This document shows, in pieces, positions 1 through 15,200 of a DNA stretch of 64,000 nucleotides. The notes below the pieces were generated by a model. The model saw nothing but the letters and a program-made list of their open reading frames with translations, made no database searches and had not been told where the DNA came from. The stretch covers positions 1,054,001 to 1,118,000 of the forward strand of contig JBHGNT010000004.1 in NCBI GenBank assembly GCA_043228905.1. Reading direction: 5' to 3'. Origin of the DNA: Azolla caroliniana (lineage: Eukaryota > Plantae > Polypodiophyta). Both the position numbers and the translations under genes were made by a program. Position 1 is the first letter of the stretch; the number at the start of each line of letters is the position of its first letter.

Positions 1-228
1 TCACACATATAGACACATGCTTCTCATGATAGTCATTTCTACAAGAACACTGCCATGAGCTTTGTTATTAGTCCACGAAGAGTCATGCATAATCATTTGA
101 AAATGCATCCTTATCTTCAAACTCCCTTAATAATGTCATTGAGCAAAGAGACAAAGAGTTTATACATATTTTTACCAAATTAAAAATGAAACAGATGTTT
201 CCGTGAATTAAAGAGCTGAAGTACACAC

Positions 229-3200
229 CTTTGAAAATTCAACAGCATTCCTATTCATAGAATCCTCTAGAACACATAGCTTTGTTTGCAGATCTCTGAT
301 TTCGTTGAGGTCGCGTTCTCTGGAATAAGATGGGTATTTAATCTAATACTATCAGTTTTAAATACATACAATACAGATATTTACTACAAGCTTTACCTCA
401 ATTCTCTCTCTTGGAGTAGCATTGTCCCCAATTCATTTAGTTGTACTTCTAAATCTTTAATCTCAGACACCCTAATTTCAACAACAAACAAGAGTTATAT
501 CATCACAATGCTTTCCTATAACCCATTTGAAGGGAGATTTTGAGTTCCTAGAATACCTCAGATTCCTCTCTTGTTCTGCAACTGATTTGGCATCTGCTAC
601 CTCTTTATGATATTCTCCTATCTTCATTTTATATGACTCCAATAACAACAGACACTGGAAAATGGATATAAAGTTGAGGTCCAAGTATCTACCACTCACC
701 CCAATTTAGCAGAAAGTGCTAATTCATGTTGCCCATCCTTCTGATTATAAATACCTCATCTTTCTCTTGTGTGATTTTTCCAACGCAATTTTGAAGTTCA
801 TGGTATTTTGCTTCTAGATCTTCATGATTTTTGGTCTGTGAGGACAACATCGCTCACAATTGGCATTACAATATGTTATTTAAAATTTAAAAGAAAATGG
901 TCATATAAAAAATCCTATGAAAATCATGGATATGATTTCTTCCATTTCATTTTCTTCTTTACACATAAATGCGATTGCTGAGCAGATTTTCCCGAGACCA
1001 AAAGACAAAGAATTTTTTCTTGAGTCTACGCATTCCCTTTTCATCATGGGAAGATTTGGACAATAAATACATACCTTTCCGTCAGCAAACTTTCCTATGA
1101 TCAATTCTTGATCAGTTTATTATTTCTCCTACAAGAACTACCATAAAGTGGACAATTAAGTTTAAAATCATGCTATTATTACCTTTGATATAATGTCATC
1201 ATTCAGGATCAATGAAAAATCCCTTTCAAGGCCATTCTCCTTCAATGTATCTACCATACTGCAAATTAACCATTGTGTTTGTAGGATACTATGCAAAATT
1301 GCATGGGTTTAATACAATCTTCTTATGAAGAAGTTTACCTTTCCAAACTAGTTATCTTTTCATGCAGTTTTGCAATCTCCTCACCTTTTTTAATTCTGTT
1401 TAGAAGGGAGCAAAACTGTATTGAATTAAACAAGCTTCCTGAATCATTAAAAGGTAGACTTGAGGTGATTGTCACAAATTAATCTTAAACTTCAGATACA
1501 AACCTTTCTTGTAGCTCATTCTCTGCAGTTAAATTAGCTGCAGAAAGGTCATTGCGCAGTTTTATCACCTTGTCCTCCAACAGCTGAAATTGTTTGAAAT
1601 AAAATACCATGACTACTAATCGAAATATCTATAATTTAAGGAATTGCTTCATTATTGAAACGGCACATTTTCCTGTCAATAAAGTACAAATATATTTAAA
1701 TGTGCCTATCAATAAGGTACAACTTGTGATGTCCTGTCCTCTTCATTCCTTAAATTTCTTTTTAAAGATAGGAAAGACAATATGCATCATCTTAATCAGT
1801 CTGATTTTAGTGCCTCATACATAAAACAGCCTCTAAGAAGCATGGCTTGTATCTGCAATAAACCACTACAGTGGGGTATTATACCGTCATGACTATTGTT
1901 GGTTAGAAGCTGAGGGACTCCACCATAAACTGTTGACAAAGTGGATCAACTCAATCCATGTGTAACTTATCTTTATCGTGTATCTCAATTTAATTGATAT
2001 TTCCTCTTCTCTTTTTTTACTTGTATCACTCTAATCGTGATTCAGCATAAAAAGAGAGAAACAGGAGATGAAGAAAAAAGTTCCATGCAAAATAGATGAT
2101 TTAGTTATGCCATATAGAAGACTTTTGATCATATAAAGAACATGACGTTTTCTGTTGGAAATGCCATACATAACAATATGCAATCATTAAACATTATATT
2201 TCTCATCAAACACAAACCTTCAGCTTTCCAGCATCATCTGTGTTAGTCATGTTTGAAATTGGTTTATTGTGAACTTTTCCCAATGCTGCTTTCTCTGCCT
2301 CAAATTGTAGGTGAGCATCTGTGAGTTGCTATATGTAAAAAGAAATAAGAAACTTAGTAGCTTTAAAATTGGCCAAAATCATAATAAAGATTGTGTCTAT
2401 TCTATCAATATGCACATAATAGTTCTCTTTGATTACCTAAGCATTTAGATCATATAGATATACAAGTAATGGCAGTTGCACAACCTCAACCTGTTTTCTA
2501 TTAATTATGATGTACAGATGTATCTAGCAAGAAGTGGATGGAAGTTTTCTCCTTTTTCATTATGGCTCCATAATAAATGTATATGATTGTTCAACTTGGT
2601 TCCAAGCATTCACAATGCGCATGTGGACACCCAATCTCAAAACATTATTTTCCTTGTTGCCAGGCTTCATTACTTCTTGTTTTTCTTTGCAGTGATGACA
2701 TTATATTGTGCTATGCATGTATGCAGCTTATTCTGATGAGCTCAACACAACATCCCTTGAGAAAATATATAAGAATTATATAATGCAAGACATAAGGAAC
2801 GCACTAAGCTTGGAATTCTAGAAACATGGAACTTTCTGATGAAGAAGAACGTTTAGTACAATAGCATAAACAAACAGAAGAAACTCCTTATAAGATTTTT
2901 CTCTAAGATAACCCTCCAATCCGCTGTTAACTTTTCATCCTACTTTTTTAGGATGACACAGATAAAAAGATTGGCAAGAATATTTAATCACCTCCAGCAG
3001 TTCATTCTGTGATGTTTTCAAGTTGTTAATGATGCTCTCAAGTGCAGTGTTGCTGGCTTTGCAATCAATAAGCTCTTCAGACTGCAAAATGCAGCTTGAT
3101 ATTTATTTTGAAGCATTAGATAATGCAATAGTAAGCTTTCACATTCATACCATGGCTTCATTAGCTTTCTTAACTAAAGCAAGCTCTGCCTGTGATGCCT

Positions 3201-6200
3201 CCAATATGTTTGATTTTTCATTCAGTTTTTTTTCTTGAAGTTTTATCGATTCTTCAGCTTCTGCCAAAGAGGCCTTCAGTTCTATGTTCAAAGCCTGTAA
3301 ATTTCAAGATTATTGTTTAGCTTTTGGCAAATATATAAGCTTAGCAAGCCTATTCAGACCTCAGCTATACAACAAGTATCGCGTTATCCATATATAAATC
3401 CATACTTCAGAAAAGGCATTATCTATATATGAATCCATACTTTAGAAAACACCACACAAGCATTCTGAAAATCACTGATATCATGAATATGCATTATACA
3501 TCAAAGACTGATCCATTGATATCATGACTATGCACTACAACTGTATCAGTTTTATTTATTGTTGCCAATAACTGGCCTAGACAGCTAAACTAATGCTGTA
3601 TGGCAAGTCATCTTGCAGTTCAAAATACAATCAGACATAACAGGCAGAGAAACATCTAGAGTAGCAACAAGCTTAAAACCTAAGAAATGTAAGTTAATAA
3701 CAAACACTCTTAACTTTTCAACACAATGCATTGGAAATACCTTCTCAGATAATAAAAACTTATGAAGATATAGATAAACATCACCGTAATCTTTTCAAGT
3801 TCCAACATTGCTGAACCAAATTGATTGTTGCATCTGATTATCTCCTCATTTGCCTGGATTTTCTCAAGCAATAACTAAAAACCCATCTCATTAACTACGT
3901 ATTATTCATGGTTGTGTGTAATTATTTTAGTAGAAACTAAGGAGTCCATATTACCTTTTGGATTGTGTCATTTGTTGAGCCTGTTTGTTGATCATCACAA
4001 ATGCTCACTAGCTCAGTTGGTGTCTTTACATTCATGCTTTTTCCCTGCATTAAAATATTTTATATTTTCCTTAGTCCTCAAAGGCAGATATAAATACAAA
4101 TCATACATAGAACATCTGTAACTTGAAAGATCATAAGGCATGACTCTTTAGAAACCTTGAAAGCAGGTCAGCATTTCAGATTTCTAGACAATCTTTCATA
4201 TCTCTACCTGAAAATTTTGAGAAAGAAACTTACTTGCACACTATCATCTTGTTCTTGCCTTTTCGAAAGATTTCCTTGCTCCTGAGAGTCATCCTTTGTT
4301 TACACAAAATAGCCATAGTAAGCATCCCCCATGAAATGCTTTCTTCAATGACCTTGACAATCCCTTTTGATGGCAAAACTAAAGGAATTCGTATGAGAAT
4401 ATAGATATAAATACCTCATTTAAAGTGGGCATTCTAGGAGAATATTTTCTCTTTCTGTCAGCCACATGAATTCTTGCTTTTACATCTGGAAGAACAACTT
4501 TAGCATTGCCATTTTGCTGCTCAAACAAAACCTCCTCGACTTCATTGGAGTCTTTGAAATCATCCTCCTCCACCAGAGAATCAAATGGTGGCGGCAAAGA
4601 AAAAATCCTGTCTCTATTTTTTGATAGGCATCTCTCTTCCTTCAAAGGTTTGCCGATCAACTTTGAAAAAACAAGTTTGAAAAGCGTTTTAAATTAGTCA
4701 AATATTCCAAAAATACCAGAACAGAAACGCATAAATATATTAGAAAAAGTATCCATGGAAGATTGAAAGGTACAATCTACATCCATTACGAGGGTACATT
4801 TATTAATACCTTAACAAATGAGGGCCAAGGTGTTTCACCTCAACAGACAACCAGACCTAGTATTTTGCTTTAATATTTGGTAACTGTGAAATATATATTC
4901 ACATTACTTCATGAAAGACAATATTTCATGCAGATATTTCTTTCGTTTCATTCAGATCTCATCTCAGGCAATGAAAATGTTTAATGAGACACAACGTCGC
5001 AGGACTCAGGCTTGTCATGAATAAGCAATGGTACTCTATGAGGTTTCCAATCAAGCTTCCATCCCCCACCCACATAGATTGCATGCACATGAATCCACCT
5101 TTTTTACGTTACAAAAGGTCAGAAATGCCATTGATGGGTTACAATTTGGAATGGCTCAAAATCATGAAGGATTCCTGGATGATCATTTCATTTATGCCCG
5201 TGATACCTTTCTCTCACTTCTTGCACACATCTTTCATAAAGCTATGTGTTAAGACTTCCTTAGTATCTGGACAGAACATAGCATTGAGCCGATATTCAAG
5301 CAGAGATCTCATTATAGTTAGCAATTATAGGACTATTATCATAGGCAATTATAGCGGTTCATTGTGGAGAACTTGACTTCATACAACATCATTCTACGAG
5401 AGCATTCATGGGTCAATCCAATCCACTCATATCTATTTTGTACATAAGATGAAAGCTATCATCATACTTTTCATCCTCCTTGGCCTTCCCATATTGGATT
5501 ACCCCACGATGGATATCTTCAAAGAGAAGCAATTTCAGTTACAGTGATCAGGCATCAAACCTTATTGGTATATATTCAATTTGTTTAGTTTTAAGAAGCT
5601 AGAGTAAGAAATTTTTCTTTTTTTCACTCACATTGACGAGCAAATTACCATCTACAGTTGAAATTTTTGTTACATCTCATAGACAACTATGGTCTTTCAG
5701 ATATAATAATGGTGAATTTTTTTCTTGTTTCTCTTAGAACAAGTTTAAATACATGTTCACAAAAAGCTTTAGTTAAAACTCCAGTGCAATCTCTACCATT
5801 TTTTCCAGAAGAAATGCAAATTCAGGTCAAACTCTAAGGCAAAATAGTTTCTGTGACTAGAAAAATCAAAGTTAGAATACAACCTCATCAAGCGGATTTT
5901 CACTTGCCACTCGTGGACACCAGGTTTCCCGTCGCGCATTCTATATTCAACAAAATTTTATAAGACTCAATTAGTTTGTCTTCAAATCAGTTACTGGAAC
6001 CTGACATGTTCAGAAAGTATTCAAGCAGCACCTTTTTTGTCCTCTTTTCAAAGTCTCGATCATCAACTGTGGAATTCAAAACAAGTGTGCTTAGGTTCTC
6101 GATCTTTTGAGCTTGCTTCTGCTCCCTCTCTGCATGAGCCCTTTTCTCCTCTTGCAACTCAAAAGCTATCCTTTCTCTCTCATATTCACTCTGATACATT

Positions 6201-9200
6201 CATTACATATGAATTACAATTTTGTGAATTGATTATCAATTGCCATCTCTTGAAATTAAAGACCTATCAACTACTTCCCTTTTATGAGTTGAGATCCACG
6301 ATCCATTAAAACACATGTGCATACTTAAGAGAATTATAGCACAAATCTTCTTTTTCTTTTGCTTTTGCAATGCAGACAATAGACATTCAAGATTTTCGGA
6401 AATGAATAAGGGCCATTATGCTTTCAAAGAAACATATGGCAGTTTATAATTTAAGTCTTAAATTAAGAACTTAGGGATGTACTGGCATTCAGGTATACCT
6501 GCAAGAGAGTATTCCGAAGACACAAAATTTCCTCTTCAAAGTGCTCTGAATGAGATGCCTGTCATATTATTATCATGACTACTTAGATATTATTCTAAGT
6601 ATTATCATATCTCAGAAACACACATAAAGTAGACATACAAAACCTAAGAGAGAGAACATACTTTCAATTTGCATCGTAACTCCTCAATCTCTTTTTTCTG
6701 TCTCTTGAGTAAAGCTGCATCAGTGAGAATCTGCACAAAATAAACAGTATGCAATGAAAAGACAGAAAACAAAGGAGAACTAGTTTTTAAACCAAAATAA
6801 ATAAACCAGTAGACCTCATTCACTTGTGCACAATTAGTCACACAGATAGCCCTACTGGCAAATTGAAGCGTGCCTCGTGATTCATCAACATGAACCTAGA
6901 GAGAAAAAACAGCTATGTGAGCAGCATATACCTGTTTTTGTGCATGATCTTCCTCATATTTGCACATCATTTTTTCAAATATCAAAAGTACCATGGCAGG
7001 TGTAATATTACAAATTACAGCTGTTCTTGCATTTCCTCCCAATGCTGGTTGCAAAATTCGAGTAAGCTTACTATCTCGATAAGGAACATGTCCCCTAATA
7101 ATAGAACACAACAATGAAAAGTCATGATGACATTCAACAATCAATGAGATACTTGTTATGAATATGTCCATTGAAAAATCACCCTTGGCTCTGTACACCG
7201 TCACTCAGTTTGTTAATAACAGTTCCCAACACCATTAAGCTCTTATTAATATGTGTGCCTTCCTTCAGACGAGCTCCTTCTGCTCCCGTCTTTGCAACCC
7301 GTTCAGAACCAGCTAGATCTACCAAATTCTGATGATAACATTTTAAATCATCAGAATTTCTAATCATAAATTATAACTATACCCTCTGTAAGCTCAGAAC
7401 GCAATGTGAAAACATCTTACCAAACATACATAGATATCCTCTCAAAAAAAATATGTATATCATTATGTGGAAGCTTTCAAATAGGATGAAAAAAATCCCA
7501 TGGCAGTAAATTTGCAGTTTCACATTTTTACTATAGGAAAGACCTCAGTTTACTCTATAACAAGAATAACATCTCTTTTTTGGCATAGGATCCAAAAAAT
7601 AAATTTATAGTGCATATATGTAAGCCATAGTACATACCAGGACTGAAACTCGGACAGCATCACATGAGAATCCCAAAGAGTCATCTTGGCTTTTATCTCT
7701 GCTCTCAATAACCTGGGAAAAACATTGCAAATGTATTCTCTGGTTGTCAATAAAACACATAATAAAGGTCTTGCTCTTGTTGTGGAACAGTCTCCAGAAG
7801 CAATGCAGCAATAAATTCTAAATGTATCATTGCTTACCATGCGGAAAATAGTATGAGATCTGCTGCTATGTACATTCATGTTTGTTTCACCAACATGTCT
7901 ATGAGCTGCATTATTGTTACTCAAAAGAAACAGCAAAGATGTTACCTTTTCAATGTCAAACAGATACATTTTATTGTACCTAAGCTTTTGTTTCCCAAGA
8001 AGAGATGCTACATTAGTATTAAGAAACAACCTAAGGATGTATACGAAATATGTACAAATAGGTAATTACCCCAGTTTTTTTTATCAAGGTTAAGTTCTAA
8101 TTATCGACTTAAATAAATACTTCGGTGTAGAGTAAAACAACTCCACTTTGTCAAAAATTCCGCCTATCAAATATTCCTCTATCCAATATGGCATGAAACT
8201 CCAATCATTGTAAATCTGCCCATTGCATATTACCTTTTATGTATCCAGAGAACCTCTAAGATTATGCACAATCTCTGCCCAAAAATACCTTCAAGCACCT
8301 GGCATTCCAAATATACCAAATTGTGATACTACTTGCCAATTGCCATATTTCAGGTTTACCGGTCTCTAATTTGTGGATTCAGGGGTATAATTGTTTTTTT
8401 CTTTTCATCAAACCATGTCTCATAGAAAGAGGATCTGCAACATCCTCTGCTCATATAATATTGTACTTAACCTTTACATCCATATGCTGTTTATGAAGGA
8501 GATTCTGTATGGTTCATCCAACAAAATACGTTAAAGATAATATGGCAAATGTATCCGCAATTGCTGATAGCCGTGTAGATAAGAAAAGACTGGATACCAT
8601 GTGTATGTAGCATTTACTTCTCATGCTCACGTTAAGAAAAGAGGATTTGATTGCCTTATTATGAATGTTGTGAAAGCTTATGATCTGGTGGATTAAGCCA
8701 TCGGGTTCCTATCAGAGTTGATGGAGATAATATAACACTCCTAATATATTTGTTTCAGGGGCGATGACATGTTGTTATAATGAGAGTTGAACAAATAGTT
8801 GAGAAAGAAGCTACTATTTAAAGTCTGAACTGTGATCTACAGTGAAAATTAAAATACAGTTTCTTTTACAGCTATTTACAGTCAGGTTAGTCTAAGTAAA
8901 TATGCACAATTAGCAAAAGGTGATAATCAACCTCTTAGAACCACTAAAACCAGAACAGCCCACAACTTGATGCATCAAGAATCATATAGACAGAAACATA
9001 GTGCAAGTGTCTGAAAAGGACTTTGAGTAAGTATATGCAAGAATAGATCATGTTACATCATGCAAACTGGTTGCTCACCAAAGTGTTTCTCACTTGAGAA
9101 GCTTAGTAGAATTTATATCAAGTAGCTATGAATAACTTGAGGTGTGTATGTAGCTTGAATGCCCTCTTGGGTTCTAGATAAGACATGGCAGAAAGATACG

Positions 9201-12200
9201 GGATTCTTGATCAGAAAGCTCCATATATATGTTCAAAATCCATTTTTGTGATTAATCAGAACCCCCAATCTTTAAATGCCTGCATTCTTCGTATATTCTT
9301 GCCAGTTGTGCTGATTCTATCTTCAAAAAAAGGAATGATACATTAGCGTCTCTAAAAATGTATAATGGCCTATGAGATCTGACAAAAGTTAGTCATCAAA
9401 ATGACAGCTCATCTTTGCACAACAGTTCAAAATGGCCTGTGCGAACATATATTAAGGTCTTCAATAGTTCAAAATGGCCTGTGAGAACTGAATGAGAGTT
9501 TACTTCTTAAAATGTTGTATTCTCTTTGAGAACAACCCAAAATAAATACAACCAAATTAGTAGAATTTTCTAGGGTACCAGGGAATCAATCTCATTATAT
9601 AAGCACTTGACATTCTAAACTTAAATATACTGAAACTTCTGCCTTCAAAAGACCTCTGACATGGGATGATCCAAGATGGAGAGGTCTCAGAATAAAGGGA
9701 ATCACCTTTGGTGTCTGGTGATAATGACTATAATCTATTGATGACAAGGTGATGTGGTTGTGATCCAGATGGATGTGGCCTACATGTATGGCAAATTGCA
9801 AATATCCGATCTATCATAACCCCTTTCGAATAATGCGGTCAAGGCCGTACTCATAATGTATCTAGTAAACAGTTCTATGTACTCATGTGTAAATTCACCC
9901 CCCTTTCAAGTCAGTATCATTGTCTCCAAATTTGAGAGATTGCTAGCATCATTACTGATTAAGTTTCTGAATTCCTTCAAATAGTGTGATATTTGCTTCG
10001 GCTCTCCAACAGATCGTGAACATGATAGGCTCTCCAAATTGATCATTCATGTTACAGTTGCATCTAACATTAGATAGAGATCCGTTGCTCAAAAATATCC
10101 ACAATGATCATCTATGTGTACAACAATTTGAAATTTGAAAGTGCAACCATTGATTCGTTTTTTTGTCAATAAACATTTCTTTTTCAAAAAGGATTTATCA
10201 AGTAATATGCAAATTCACACAAAAATTATGTGGAAACGTAAGCTGAATGTTAAGAAATAAAGATACGTTAACGTCTTCTAAGAGATTGAAATGGCCTATG
10301 AGACTGGACAGGAGATTACACATTTAAATGGTGTTTCTTCTTTGAGAACGACAAACCATAATAAATATAGCTAGATTATTGAAACAGTCTGAGCTATCAG
10401 ATAATCTCATTCATTAGGAATGAATGTATAACAGATTAGTATTATAAGCTTAGATGGCATGAATAGAAAAACAGCTGAAGGAATTTTATATACCTTCTCC
10501 AAACTCCATCATTTGAAGAACCTGTTCAGGACTTGTTACAATCTCCTCCCGTAGCCCTGCTACAAAGATGCCACGCTGTCGAGAAAACAGTTGGCAATAT
10601 CTTTTTCAAAAATAAATTAGAGTAGCATTTATTCCTTTTAATTTGACATTAAAAGTGTTTCCATATTTGTTTTCATCCATAAAAACAAGTTGTAAATTTT
10701 GCAAGACCCACCCTTTGGATGAATCCAAGGCGTTGTTGCATAAGAGGAGAAAAGACAGAAAGATAGATATAGTAAAACCTCTAAAATATAATATCTTCTT
10801 CTTCCTCATGAGGAGTGGGAAGGTTATTCTTGCTTGTTTGTGTATACAAATTCCCCAAGTTGTTTCCCATTGCAAGTGGCTCCTTGTATCACAACATTCC
10901 TCATCATGCCAACTATTTTGTATGACTCTACCAGGATTGGCTGCATTGCATATTTTGTAAGGAAAAGCATTTGCGGCTGCTTCATACAATGACTGACAGA
11001 AAAGACAGAAAGATAGATATAGTAAAACCTCTAAAATATGATATCTTTTTCTTCCTCACGAGGAGTTGGAAGGTTATTGTTGCTTGTTTGTGTATACAAA
11101 CTCCCCAAGTTGTTTTCCATTGCAAGTGGCTCCTTGTATCACAACATTCCTCATCATGCCAACTATTTTGTATGACTCTACCAGGATTGGCTGCATTGCA
11201 TATTGTGTAAGGAAAAGCATTTGTGTCTGCTTCATACAATGACTAACAATCCATGTGTGACCTCCTCTGGGTGTATGAAAGTGTGCCATTGTGTACTCTA
11301 CAACTATATGTCTCAGCTGCCTCCCAGGTATTGGTATTTAGCCAGCCCACTCTCATTCTTAGCATTTACATCCTTTCTGCATCCATCCTTCACCTTAATG
11401 CTTAGATATGTGTGATCTGCTGCCAAGCCAATAGGTCTACCAGACATAGTGAACTCTATCATTCTGGCTATAAGAAATGGAGATCCCATCAGATAATCGA
11501 CTGTGCTTGCATCTCCCTTTAGTTTCCAACATGTTGAAGCATCTGAAATGGAGCATTGTGACAAACCATTATATATCACAAATCGATGTGCACTTCCCAA
11601 GGCTAGAAAGTGCTTGCCATATTCTGTTAATTCGTTCAAATCTTGAACTTGTCATCTACACCAACTTTTTCTGCATAATTTCTCCATACATAACCTTGCT
11701 TGTATCGGCATAGTTCTTAATTCATCACAGTTTGTGCACTTGAAGTTTCCTAATAACATTATACCTCCCATAGTAGCAAATCTTATGATATCATCATGCA
11801 CTAGTCGATATGATGATTCTCCGAGAGGTGCAAACCTTGGGTAGGTAGGTGGAAAGCAGCACCTTACAATGCACAATTCTCTAGGATTCCCTCTTTTGAT
11901 TCATATCCATATATAATGTGCATTTATATCTTTATGCATAGCATGATCTCTATAATGGATCTCTTTGTACAATACAGCCACTCCTCCAAAGCCTTTAGAC
12001 TGTCTAAATACATTGATCTCTAGTTAAAACAGTTTGATTGGTCTACAACCCAGAAGAATGGTCCAAATCTCTCCATAGAGAGGCAAGAGAAGCGTCCTTG
12101 GATCTCATAGCAAATTGTACAAGAGGATACCTAATTTTTTTCAAACCCTAGCTCTAAATGACATAACTTCTGTACCCTCTACTCAGGATTGCACCCCTAC

Positions 12201-15200
12201 ACCTATCTAGCTCTACTTCCAAATAACATGACACCATTTGGTCATACCCACATGAAGCATCATATTCACTTGCCAATAGTGTGATTTCGTATCATTATAG
12301 GATGTCATCTTCTATAATGGGATGTATTTAATTGAAACAAAAATACATCAAAGAAGTGTCTATGAAATCTCATTATAAGGATGTCTCAAGAGATTTCATT
12401 TCTACTCTAAAACTAGATCTATCTTATAAAGCTGCATCAAAATGTTCGTGGAAGTAAATATACTAAGATGGGACATGGCCATTGGTATATGTTGAGAATC
12501 AAGCTCAACTTGTGTGAACATATGCTTATGAAGAAAAAGACGATGTGTGAAAACGTGTGCGAGCACACTTTATTGTAATCCGTGTAGTTGTCAAGTGTTC
12601 ATGTGGTCACAGAATATTAGATATTCTTATGACAAAATCGTACTCAAGTGGATTGTTAATGGGTGGGGGGTGAAGCCAAGAACGGCTCCACCCCCCTCCC
12701 AAGGGGGTTACGTGTGAGGAAGAGAGAAGGAGAGATAGAGAATGACACAAAATGAGAGGGAAAGTTCTATATTTTATTACATGCCCCGTAAGGGGTTTAT
12801 ATAGTACATAATGTAACAGTTACATAATATGACCGTTACAAAAGAAGACTGTTACATTCTTGTACAAATGCACATAATACTGCATGTATTTATACATATA
12901 TTATTCTCACTCACACTCGTATACATTACACATATACCACAACACCTTTATTGCATTTGACCCTTACACCACCCCGTACACTCCTACGGGTTACACATGG
13001 CCCGCTTGTGGGACAGTGCATCGCACGGTGAACCCACTCGCCATGACAATTCTTATCGACCGGAACTCCATCGGTCAAAAATCCCTCGACCAAATCAAAG
13101 CTCTACGATCGATGACTTCAATCGGAGTTTTGCTGGACTCGAACCTTCTTGTTCGGGCAGCACATCTCTTGATTGGATCACACACCAATCGGCTTGTCCA
13201 CTACAGCATGGGTCATGAAATCGTGCTACGTGTATGTGTATTCTTCGGCATTAGTGACCTCCGTCTTGTTCGAAACAAGCAAATCTAGAGCAAATTCTGA
13301 GAGTGAAGAAGAAGAGATGTTGACGACCATTATGGGTGGAGAACCAGCAAAGAGTCTGCCCGCACTCCAGCTGACTGGACCTGAGGTGTCGTCCAGCAAT
13401 CAGAGTCTTGCACAGCATGAAGAAACCTTTGATGTGATGTCACCTTGGTGCTACATCCGCAAAAAGAAAAAAAGGGCAAGATGCCTGACCAAGAGGCCAA
13501 GGACATGACATCCGGTAAAGACTCGGATCATTCACCCCGATCGGTCGACAGCAAGTATGAAATGAAGAAGGCCCCGGAGGTGACCAAAGGAAAACTCCAA
13601 TTGAACTGACAAGAGAAACCAATAGTTAGGTTTGGGTACAATGAGTACATGGCACATCACTATGCATTCATGATGACGGTCGCAACAAACCAAGAACCCG
13701 AGACTTACAAAAAAGTTGTCCAAGGTCCCTGTTGGATCGAGGCAATGAGGGAGGAGATGCACGCTTTGTTTGACAACAATACTTGGGATTTAGTCCCATC
13801 CTCTGAAATGAAGAAAAAGCCACTTGGTTGCCGCTGGGTGTTCAAGATAAAGCATAATCCGAATGGCACGGTCAATCGGTTCAAGGCTCGGCTAGTCACC
13901 AAAGGGTATGCTCAAACCGACTATGAAGAAACATTTGCCCCGGTGGAAAAAATGACCACCGTGAGGACAATAATTGCACTCGCAGCAACGAAAGGGTGGC
14001 ACTTGCACCAAATGGATGTGAAGAATTCCTCCAAGGTGAGCTCGAGGAGGAAGTTTACATGATGCAACCACCTGGCTTTGAATCAAGCAAACATCCACAT
14101 GCGGTTTGCCGATTGAAGAATCCTCTCTATGGACTGAAGTAAGCCCCAAGAGCATGGCATTCAAAGATCACATCATATCTTCACGACATTGGCTTCCGGA
14201 TGTCAAAATCTGATAACTCGTTGTATATCTGCAACAATCCCAAAAGCCTCGACTTCTTAATCTTGTATGTCGATGACCTTGTCATCGGTGGAGAAAGCCT
14301 CACCGAGACACAAAAGATTAAAAAGCTACTTTTAGAGGAGTTCGAGATGAAGGAATTGAATGACTTACATTATTTTCTCGGCATCGAGGTCATTCAAACT
14401 CCACAAGGGTTCCTACTCTCACAACAACACTATGTGTTGAACTTGGTCTACAAGTTCAGAATGACAAAGTGTAAATCCATCTCGACACCCCTTGATCGAA
14501 ATATGAAGCTAACCGCAAATTCTAGAAAATTCTATGAGCCGACACAATATCGCCAAATAATCAAGAGTCTTATCTACTTACTATTACCCAACTAGACCTC
14601 AGCTATCCGGTCGGGCTTCTTATCTAGTTCATGCAAACCCCCCATGATACGAACATGGATTGGGCTAAGCGAGTGTTACATTATGTTAGTGGAACACTTG
14701 ATTATGGTATCTTCTATAAGCGTGGAGTACCACTTCGACTCAAAGGCTTCACACATGTTGATTGGGCGGGCAATGCATCTGATAGGCGATCCACTTCGGG
14801 AATTATGTTCTCACTCGATAGTGGAGCAATCCCCTGGAGCAGCAAGAAACAACCAACAGTCGCTCTATCGAGCACTGAGGTAGAGTATAGGGCCGCAGTT
14901 GTAGATGCTTGCGAAGCTGTATGGCTTAAAAGACTGCTGAAAGACTTCAACGAATTGGTGAACAAGCCAATACTGATCCACTGCGACAATCTCAGCAACA
15001 TCCAGCTCGCAAAGAATACGGTGTTTCACGCCCAAACTAAGCACATCGAGGTGCACTATCATTACATCCGTGAGCTCATATTGGCCAGCGACATTGACCT
15101 CCAATACATTGGCACCAACGTGCAAGTGGTTGATATTTTCACTAAGGCGCTAGGTCTCGACAAGCTACGGCAATTCTTAGTGGATCTAGGCCTTAGAGCA

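Noticed and set aside
1275-1292. GTATCCT on the minus strand as a second U12 donor
   Set aside because: Lies inside an ordinary intron about 30 nt before its acceptor and does not follow an exon.
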